DNA of 64,000 nucleotides from Promethearchaeota archaeon. GTDB lineage: Archaea > Asgardarchaeota > Lokiarchaeia > Sigyniarchaeales > SOKP01. Below, piece after piece: positions 56,913 through 64,000 of this stretch. The stretch lies in NCBI GenBank assembly GCA_048939995.1, contig JBHLOY010000004.1, positions 160,001-224,000 of the forward strand. Reading direction: 5' to 3'. The first letter of the stretch is position 1; the number at the start of each line of letters is the position of its first letter. The notes beneath the pieces are model-generated. The model had not been told where the DNA came from. It searched no databases and saw nothing but the letters and a program-made list of their open reading frames with translations. The translations under genes were made by a program, and so were the position numbers.

Positions 56913-58547
56913 ATGCCCAAATGCTTTGTGATATCTCCCATCCGTGTAGATAAATATGATCAAGTTTTTAATCAAATTATTAAACCAGCGATGGAAAATT
57001 GTGGAATAGAAACATTCTGTGAAACGAAATTAACCAATAAAGTATTTGATTTAATACCCACCTATGATCTATGTATAATAATTCATTCAAAAGATCATCC
57101 GTTAATATATTATCAAACTGCTATCGCTAAATGTGCTGGCAAGCCTCTTATCTTCTTGAAGGCAAAAGGAGAGTCCCTCCCATTCCACCTCAATAATGAA
57201 CATAATGTAAATTACGATCTAAAGGATTTAACTCAATTAAATGTTGAGGATGTCATTAATGATATAATTAATAGAGTAAAAGAAATTGAATTAAATGATT
57301 GGGAGGCCCTCCAACCATTTAACTTCGAAAAGATCCAAAAAATTAAAGATTCAATTCAAAAAGATAATTCAAAAAAATGTTATATAATTCAACCTATTGG
57401 CCGGGAAGGATCAGATACGTGGGAACACATTGATAGCGTATTTAATTATATAATTAAACCAGGATTAAAAAAGTTCGATCTTAAACCTTATACAATTATG
57501 GACTTAAAATCTAAGGTAACATCATTCGAACCTGGATTGCTATCAGAACGAAAACTTAGATTATTATCTGAAAATAGCCTTGAAATCTTATCTGAACAAG
57601 TTTACAAAGCAATTTTGACTATGGACCTATGCATCGCAATCTTAACCTACCCAGATCCAAATGTATTCTTTGAATTAGGTATGGCACATTTTGAATCTCG
57701 ACCGGTTATTAAATTAATGGATAAGGAGACTTATAGAAACTATCCTTTTGTTCTAAGAAAGAAAAAAGATCTAATTTTATATACTTATCAATATTTATCT
57801 TTAAAAAGCGTATTTTATGATAAAACGTATACCAGTCAGATTTTAGATTACATTAAGGATTTAGAAGTCGCAGATTGGAGAGTTCAGAATTTTCGTTTTA
57901 AAGATATCGTTATTGAAAATGAATTTAACAAATATATCAAGAAAAAAATATCACAAACACATAGAGAAATAAAATTTGATAATTTAGCCGCTAAAACTGG
58001 CTTAGAACCTCAAAAGATTGAAGAATTGATTGAGAAATTGATATTAAGAGGAGAATTGGATGCAGAAATTATCAAAAATAAAATTATATTTAAACCATCT
58101 GAAGCTGCTTCAATTGAAGTTGCATCTACAATACCTCCTGGTAAAAAGATTTTAATTTTTATTAGTTATGCTACTAAAGATGCTGATTGGTTTAAGGTTC
58201 AAGAGATTGCAAGATCATTAACTACTTACCACGAAATAGAGAAAGTCTTTTATTGGCAAGAGGACATGAAAGACAACATTTATGAATATATGGATGAATA
58301 TTTAGGTAAATGTGATCTTATGCTCCTATTTTGTTCCCCTAATGCTTTAAAATCTAAACCAATAATGAAAGAATGGACAGCAGCAGATAGTATGGAAATA
58401 CCAATTATTCCTGTCTTTTTTAGCTCAGAACATATACCCCCACTTTTGAAATCAAGATTAGGCGTTAAATTTTTTCCTTTTGAGTTTGAGAAAAATGTAA
58501 GTAAAATTCATGATCTAATCATTAAAAAGTGTGAGGAAAAAACCTAA
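56913..58547 (+). CDS. multidomain protein: two nucleoside-deoxyribosyltransferase-like domains + PCI-like winged helix + TIR
   Basis: CFVISPI and CYIIQPI repeats; PNVFFELGMA; FDNLA..IEKLILRGELDAEI; IFISYA..D, SPNALKS...KEW, IIPVF. Confidence 0.8.
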   Translation: MPKCFVISPIRVDKYDQVFNQIIKPAMENCGIETFCETKLTNKVFDLIPTYDLCIIIHSKDHPLIYYQTAIAKCAGKPLIFLKAKGESLPFHLNNEHNVNYDLKDLTQLNVEDVINDIINRVKEIELNDWEALQPFNFEKIQKIKDSIQKDNSKKCYIIQPIGREGSDTWEHIDSVFNYIIKPGLKKFDLKPYTIMDLKSKVTSFEPGLLSERKLRLLSENSLEILSEQVYKAILTMDLCIAILTYPDPNVFFELGMAHFESRPVIKLMDKETYRNYPFVLRKKKDLILYTYQYLSLKSVFYDKTYTSQILDYIKDLEVADWRVQNFRFKDIVIENEFNKYIKKKISQTHREIKFDNLAAKTGLEPQKIEELIEKLILRGELDAEIIKNKIIFKPSEAASIEVASTIPPGKKILIFISYATKDADWFKVQEIARSLTTYHEIEKVFYWQEDMKDNIYEYMDEYLGKCDLMLLFCSPNALKSKPIMKEWTAADSMEIPIIPVFFSSEHIPPLLKSRLGVKFFPFEFEKNVSKIHDLIIKKCEEKT

Positions 58548-58662
58548 TATAAAGTCATGCCTTAATTTTCAAATTTTTTTAAAAAATAAAAAATAAAATA
58601 ATTCAAAGATTCCATAAGTTAAAATACAATTTTATTTCGAATAAAAAACTTAAGATGATAAT

Positions 58663-59922
58663 ATGGCAAAATTAGCAAGACAAGTTGCTGTGGTTGGAGC
58701 AGGAATGAGTAAATTTGGTCAATGGTTTCCAACAAAAAGAAATCCAGATTTATGGATTGATGCCTGGTTAGATGCTGTTAGCAAAACAGATAATGGGATA
58801 GAACCTAAAGATGTTGATGCATGTTATGTAGGTAATTATTCATCAGATTTATTTAATCATCAAGGACACTTAGGTCCTCAAATGGCAAATCTTGTTGGGC
58901 TAACACCAAAACCCGCTCCAAGAATGGAGGGTGCTTGTGCAAGTAGTGGAGTCGCTCTACGACAAGCAATTATAGCAATAGCATCAGGAATTCATGATGT
59001 AATTGCGGTATGTGGTGTTGAGAGTATGACAGAAGTTTCGACAACATTAGTGACCGACACATTAGCTACCGCATCAGATAATTTGTTCGAATATCCTGCT
59101 GGAGCTACATTCCCTGGATTATATGCTGCTATCGCTTCAGCCCATTTTCATAAACATGGGACTACTCCAGAAGATTTAATGAGAGTAGCAATTAAAAATC
59201 ACCAGAATGGTAAAGAAAATCCCTATGCCCAAATGCAACAATCCATTGATGATATAATGAAGAGTAAAGTAAAGAAGTTTGAAAGCCAAGGAAAAGAAGC
59301 TCCAGATTGGAAAAATGAATTTGACTTTTTGAAGAGTAGTTCAAATCCATATATCGCTTCACCGCTTCGGTTATTTGATTGTTCTCTCGTGACCGATGGT
59401 GCTGCCTGTGTTTTTTTAGCAGCTAAAGATATCGCAAAAAAGTTTACAGACACACCAATATGGATAACTGGTACAGGTCAAGGAAGTGCATCCTTATCAT
59501 TACATGATAGAGAAAGTATTACAAGTTTTATAGCTGCAAAAGAAGCAGTAAGACAAGCGTATAAAATGTCTGGTTTAAAACCAAATGAAATTCAGATAGC
59601 AGAAGTACACGACTGTTTTACTATAGCAGAGATAGTTGCTCTAGAAGATTTAGGCTTTTACGAAACAGGAAAAGCTGTAGAAGCAATTAAAAATGGAGAA
59701 ACAAGACGTGATGGGGCTTTACCAATTAATACTTCGGGTGGTTTGAAGAGTAAGGGCCATCCAGTTGGAGCTACGGGGGCAGCAATGGTAGTTGAAACGT
59801 TTAAGCAGATGAGAGGTATTGCTGAAAGGAATAGACAAGTTAAATTCGACGTTGAAAGGGCTCTGACTCATAATTTAGGTGGTAGTGGTGGAACCTGTGT
59901 TGTAACTATCTATCAAAAATGA
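58663..59922 (+). CDS. SCP-x-type/archaeal thiolase
   Basis: EGACASS, CSLVTDGA, EVHDCF, INTSGGL.SKGHP. Confidence 0.92.
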   Translation: MAKLARQVAVVGAGMSKFGQWFPTKRNPDLWIDAWLDAVSKTDNGIEPKDVDACYVGNYSSDLFNHQGHLGPQMANLVGLTPKPAPRMEGACASSGVALRQAIIAIASGIHDVIAVCGVESMTEVSTTLVTDTLATASDNLFEYPAGATFPGLYAAIASAHFHKHGTTPEDLMRVAIKNHQNGKENPYAQMQQSIDDIMKSKVKKFESQGKEAPDWKNEFDFLKSSSNPYIASPLRLFDCSLVTDGAACVFLAAKDIAKKFTDTPIWITGTGQGSASLSLHDRESITSFIAAKEAVRQAYKMSGLKPNEIQIAEVHDCFTIAEIVALEDLGFYETGKAVEAIKNGETRRDGALPINTSGGLKSKGHPVGATGAAMVVETFKQMRGIAERNRQVKFDVERALTHNLGGSGGTCVVTIYQK

Positions 59923-59932
59923 GGTGAAAAAG

Positions 59933-60355
59933 ATGTCTGAAGAAAAAGAAATTACGATTCAAAACTATTTAGATTATATGACGAATAATAGGCTTATGGG
60001 TTCTAAGTGCAAGAAATGTAGTGCTAATTATGTTCCTCCAAGAAAATTATGCACTAAATGTAACTCAACAGAGTTAGAATGGGTAGAAATGTCTGGTAAG
60101 GGAAAAATTGCCGCATATTCTTGTATAGGCGTTGGAACAACCTTTATGGTGGGTAAGGGTTATTCTATGAAGAAACCTTATTGTTTTTCAGTTATTAAAC
60201 TTGATGAGGGTCCTATGGTATCGGGCCAATTAATCGGAGTAGATGAGACAAAACCGGAAACAATAAAGATAGAGACTCCTGTGAAAGTTAGCTTTATAAA
60301 AACTGAGCTTCAAGGTGGAGAAACCAGAGTCGATCTAGGCTTTGAACCCATATGA
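59933..60355 (+). CDS. DUF35 Zn-ribbon/OB-fold thiolase partner
   Basis: CKKC..PPR..CTKC, SGKGKI, LDEGP; ATG behind a GAGGTGA RBS. Confidence 0.92.
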   Translation: MSEEKEITIQNYLDYMTNNRLMGSKCKKCSANYVPPRKLCTKCNSTELEWVEMSGKGKIAAYSCIGVGTTFMVGKGYSMKKPYCFSVIKLDEGPMVSGQLIGVDETKPETIKIETPVKVSFIKTELQGGETRVDLGFEPI

Positions 60356-60406
60356 AAAATTAATATAAACCTTTTTTAATTTTTTTTGAATTTAAAATTC
60401 TATTAG

Positions 60407-61594
60407 GTGGAGTCAATTAAAAGGACATATAAGATCATTTCTATAATCTTATTAATTTCAATAATAGCCAGTGGTTTTTTGTTACCTCTTGTCTTGGTAA
60501 ATCGGAATTATATACAAAATATTGATATTGATTTGAAATTCGAAGGAGATAATGCATTTCTTTATGTTCAAGATCAAATAGAAATTAACCAAAGTCATTT
60601 TAGGATTCCTGGCACGCAAGGTAGAGAGAAATGTGCCCAATATTTTATAACTAAATTCCAAGAAATTGATATTAATATAACCTATATACTACATAATTTC
60701 ACAGTTCATTCAATTGATTGTCAAAATGTTTTATTCAAGTTAAATGAAAATTATAACAATATAGTTATATTGGCATCTCATTATGATTCTAGAGCAAAAG
60801 CAACAAAAGATCCAATAATTGGAAATAGAACAAAGCCAGTTCCAGGCGCTAATGACGGAGCAAGTGGATGCGGAGTTTTAGTTGAATTAGCCCGAGTTTT
60901 ATATGAAAAAATAATGAATCTTAGCTGTCAAATCTGGTTTTTATTTTTAGATGGGGAAGATCAAGGCTTTGATTATGATGCTGGTATTGAGGGTTGGGAT
61001 TGGTGCGAAGGATCAAAAGCTTTTGTGAATTCAATTAATAGTTTTTATAACTTCTCAAACGAGTATTTTGATTGCATGATCTTATTAGATATGGTTGGAG
61101 GGGTAAATCTTCAATTTATAAATGAACAGTATTCGACTTCGTCATTATTAGGCGAACTATTCGAAATTGGTCAGCAGTTAGGCTATACATCTCAATTTCC
61201 AAATGATGCATATTCAGCAAGGATAACTGATGACCATGTTGCTTTTGTAAACTATGGAATACCCTCAGCAGACTTAATTATAAAATTTTGGAATAATCCT
61301 GAATGGCCATATCATCATACAGTCCAAGATGATTTATCTAATATCTCAAATATGAGCCTAGACATTACAGGAGAAACAGTTGAACAATTTCTTTATAATA
61401 ACTATCTGATTCTGTTATCTAATGATTATCAAGGCAATTATCCTTGGAAAGAAGATATTAATCTAGTAGATACTGATGTTATAATTACTATAATAATAAT
61501 ATTAGCGTTAATTGGCGTGTCATTCTTATTAATTTTTTCAATAAAATGGATATCTAAGAAAAAAAGAAATGTAAATACCGAAAATACTTATTAG
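60407..61594 (+). CDS. M28 / glutaminyl-cyclase-like Zn peptidase with N- and C-terminal membrane segments
   Basis: HYDSR, GANDGASG, DGED, LLDMVG, DDH, HHT..D. Confidence 0.85.
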   Translation: MESIKRTYKIISIILLISIIASGFLLPLVLVNRNYIQNIDIDLKFEGDNAFLYVQDQIEINQSHFRIPGTQGREKCAQYFITKFQEIDINITYILHNFTVHSIDCQNVLFKLNENYNNIVILASHYDSRAKATKDPIIGNRTKPVPGANDGASGCGVLVELARVLYEKIMNLSCQIWFLFLDGEDQGFDYDAGIEGWDWCEGSKAFVNSINSFYNFSNEYFDCMILLDMVGGVNLQFINEQYSTSSLLGELFEIGQQLGYTSQFPNDAYSARITDDHVAFVNYGIPSADLIIKFWNNPEWPYHHTVQDDLSNISNMSLDITGETVEQFLYNNYLILLSNDYQGNYPWKEDINLVDTDVIITIIIILALIGVSFLLIFSIKWISKKKRNVNTENTY

Positions 61595-62412
61595 AAATAC
61601 ATTCTAAAAGCAAATCCTATCAAAGTTGCTGCTACCAATAGTTGAAGATAAAGATTTGGCATTCTCTTTGAAACATTGGCTCCCAGGAACGCCCCTATAA
61701 TGGATCCTATGCCAAGTGTAAGTCCTAGAGCTAACTCTACTTGACCTATCAATAATTTTGTTATTGAATTATAAATTGCAGTAAAGAAAATTATTGAAGT
61801 GGAAACTGCTGTAGCATAATGAATTGGAAAATTCAAGACTAGATTTAATCCAGGAGTAATAATTACTCCACCTCCAATTCCCAAAAAGTTTGAAATAAAA
61901 CCTGCCAATAAGAAAAGAGGAATAGTAACCCTCATTTTCTCCTTATAATCATAATCTCTCAAAAATGAGAAATCTTCATTAAAACTTATATTATTATTCT
62001 CTTTATGCTGATTATTTGATATTCTGTGATTATGAATACTTTTAAATACCATATATAATCCCGAAGTAAGCAATAAGGTGGCAAACAATATTCTTAGAAT
62101 TACATTATTTATTTCTATAAATAGCAATATTAGTGTGCTTAGTAAACATCCAAGTATAGAAAATCCACTATATATCAAGGAATTCTTTAAATCAGTTCTT
62201 TTCCCTTTTAAGTATGTTAAAAATCCTGAAGCTGAAGTTAATAAGATTATGAAATTTGAGGTATCAATTGAAACATTAATGGGGACTAGAAGGAATATAG
62301 TAATAAAACTAACATAAAAAATACCTCCTCCTTGTCCACTCATAACGCTTATTAATCCAAATATTAACCCACAAAATGATAAAATAATTATAATTTCCCA
62401 TGTAAAATTCAT
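61591..62412 (-). CDS. TauE/SafE (TSUP) permease, paralog of 6449-7249
   Basis: GQGGG / GIGGG; shares IDTS..IILL, IPLF.LAGF, PIH.ATA and RMYF end with the other copy. Confidence 0.88.
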   Translation of the reverse strand: MNFTWEIIIILSFCGLIFGLISVMSGQGGGIFYVSFITIFLLVPINVSIDTSNFIILLTSASGFLTYLKGKRTDLKNSLIYSGFSILGCLLSTLILLFIEINNVILRILFATLLLTSGLYMVFKSIHNHRISNNQHKENNNISFNEDFSFLRDYDYKEKMRVTIPLFLLAGFISNFLGIGGGVIITPGLNLVLNFPIHYATAVSTSIIFFTAIYNSITKLLIGQVELALGLTLGIGSIIGAFLGANVSKRMPNLYLQLLVAATLIGFAFRMYF

Positions 62413-62471
62413 TATAAAATTTCAAATTATAAAAAAAATTTTAACTTTTCCTAAAAAAAATGTGATAAAGA

Positions 62472-62933
62472 GTGGTAAAATACAAAGATATATTGAAAAT
62501 TAGCGAAAATTTTGAGGAAGAATTTTGCAGCGCGATCAATAATAGTCAAGATTATAATCGGGCAGCAAAAGGGTGGGGAGTCGAATTTGAGGGGGCTTTA
62601 CTATGGATGATGGGTGCTAGTGGTGAAATAATTGACAGTTTAAGAATCTTTCTAGATCTTAAGGATGGAAAGTGTTTAGGAATAAACATTTTAGCTCCAA
62701 ATGAAGATATTCCACGAGATGCTATATTAATCTTAAGTGCACCACTTAATATTTGGAAAGAAATGGGTACAAAAAGAATTAATCCAAATCAATTTATTAT
62801 GTCAGGTAGAGTGAAGATTGAGGGGAATATTGCTCTAATGATGAGATATTCTAAAGCTGCGCTTGAATTAGGAAAATTGGCGGGGAAACAAATCTTTTTC
62901 CGAAAACTATTTACTGAATATGATTTAGGCTAA
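62472..62933 (+). CDS. SCP2 sterol/lipid-binding domain protein
   Basis: W.G...DLKDGKC, IMSGRVKIEGNIALMMRY. Confidence 0.8.
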   Translation: MVKYKDILKISENFEEEFCSAINNSQDYNRAAKGWGVEFEGALLWMMGASGEIIDSLRIFLDLKDGKCLGINILAPNEDIPRDAILILSAPLNIWKEMGTKRINPNQFIMSGRVKIEGNIALMMRYSKAALELGKLAGKQIFFRKLFTEYDLG

Positions 62934-62943
62934 ACTAGTAGTA

Positions 62944-63567
62944 TTATTCTTTAATTCCTAAAATAGCCCGATGTTTTGTTTTGTCAATATAAACTTTTAA
63001 TATATCAAAAGAGTGAAAAACTTCATAAATTTCTTCTATTGTAAAAAAATGATGATATAGACCTTTTTCTGGACCTGATAATGGAATAAATGTTCCTTTT
63101 TCTATTTCTTTTAGTTCCCACTCATCAACCTTAGTTCCACCGCTTAATATGGGAAAAGTTATAAATATATACCCCCCTTGTCTTAAAATTCTCTCGATTT
63201 CTTTTATAGTAAATAAGATATCTTTCATCAAATTATGATGAATAACTTGAGTTGAAATAATAGCATCAAAAAAGCCATTTTCAAAAGGAAATTTCTTCTC
63301 GATTCTATGTTGAATTAGTGTTGCTTTTAAATTTTCTTCAATTAACCACTTTCGAGCAATTTCCAAACCTTTAGGTGAAGCATCTACTCCATAAACATCA
63401 AAACCATATTTAGAAAAATAAACTAAATGCCTTCCTGTACCACATCCAATATCGAGTATCTTCTTGCAATTATTTTTTTGAAAAAGTTCCTTTATTTCTC
63501 CCATATTTGGATGTGGTTCTAAGAATGTTTTACCATTCTTAGTAAAAATGAAATTCCAACTATCCAT
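62944..63567 (-). CDS. class I SAM-dependent methyltransferase
   Basis: ILDIGCGTGRH, GVDAS, FDAIIS..VIHH, RILRQGG. Confidence 0.88.
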   Translation of the reverse strand: MDSWNFIFTKNGKTFLEPHPNMGEIKELFQKNNCKKILDIGCGTGRHLVYFSKYGFDVYGVDASPKGLEIARKWLIEENLKATLIQHRIEKKFPFENGFFDAIISTQVIHHNLMKDILFTIKEIERILRQGGYIFITFPILSGGTKVDEWELKEIEKGTFIPLSGPEKGLYHHFFTIEEIYEVFHSFDILKVYIDKTKHRAILGIKE

Positions 63568-63618
63568 ATTGATTTACTCTTTATAATTATATATTAAGAA
63601 TTAGGCAAAATTTAAGTA

Positions 63619-64000
63619 TTATTTACTTTTACGACTTTTTAATTCGTCCCAACATTCCCACATATAGTGACCATACTTTAATTTGAATTCTTCAGCAAAC
63701 TCATTTGTTCTTGGTCTAATAAATTCATAACCATTATGAATACACTCATATGTGACTGGAACTGGTCCTAATACTTCACCATCAACTTGACTGAAATATG
63801 AATCGCCTTGTGAACCTCTCATTTCAACTCTTACTTTCTGACTTCGAAATTCTTTCACATTTGGATGTGGAAGAAGAGACGCAGAATACATTTTCCTAAA
63901 TTGCCTAGCTAATTGAACCTTATCAATATTAACAACACTTATATCAAAAAGACCATCATTAATGTTAGCTCTTTGACAGATAAACATTCCACCTCCATAT
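63619..64000 (-). CDS. diacylglycerol/lipid kinase family protein, C-terminal part (5' end outside the window)
   Basis: YGGGMFIC..ANINDGLFDI, QVDGE. Confidence 0.8.
   Translation of the reverse strand, partial: YGGGMFICQRANINDGLFDISVVNIDKVQLARQFRKMYSASLLPHPNVKEFRSQKVRVEMRGSQGDSYFSQVDGEVLGPVPVTYECIHNGYEFIRPRTNEFAEEFKLKYGHYMWECWDELKSRKSK

Overview
AT-rich, gene-dense prokaryotic window. It is most consistent with an Asgard archaeon of Lokiarchaeia type, inferred from GGTGA/GAGGTG-type RBSs, a thiolase+DUF35 pair, a PCI-like/TIR fusion and expanded lipid/acyl-CoA families; no marker gene is present to confirm this. The centrepiece is a ~28 kb anaerobic aromatic/acyl-CoA catabolic region (9.1-36.8 kb). 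It contains a complete bzd-type class I benzoyl-CoA reductase operon (oah-dch-had-bzdN-O-[inserted membrane gene]-P-Q-M-V) and, divergently, MaoC hydratases, an acyl-CoA ligase, a thiolase and an orphan 2-hydroxyacyl-CoA-dehydratase alpha-type subunit. Further along are an HdrD/GlcF-like protein, MoaD, a W/Mo aldehyde oxidoreductase with its Fe-S subunit, a PanE-like reductase, an HgdC-type activator, and an acyl-CoA dehydrogenase with a ferredoxin-fused, bifurcating-type ETF. Elsewhere: a B12-dependent acyl-CoA mutase with non-canonical active-site residues (plus MeaB and CobO), a CoA-transferase split by a nitroreductase, a DUF285 repeat surface protein, and an NDT-NDT-PCI-TIR multidomain protein divergent from a stand-alone 7TM gene. 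Features not in the ORF track: a 51-aa zinc-ribbon gene, probable ATA start codons for aor and cobO, and a 17-bp near-palindromic motif shared by two acyl-CoA operons. No rRNA, tRNA, CRISPR array or intact mobile element was seen. All family calls are from motif recognition by eye; no searches were run.
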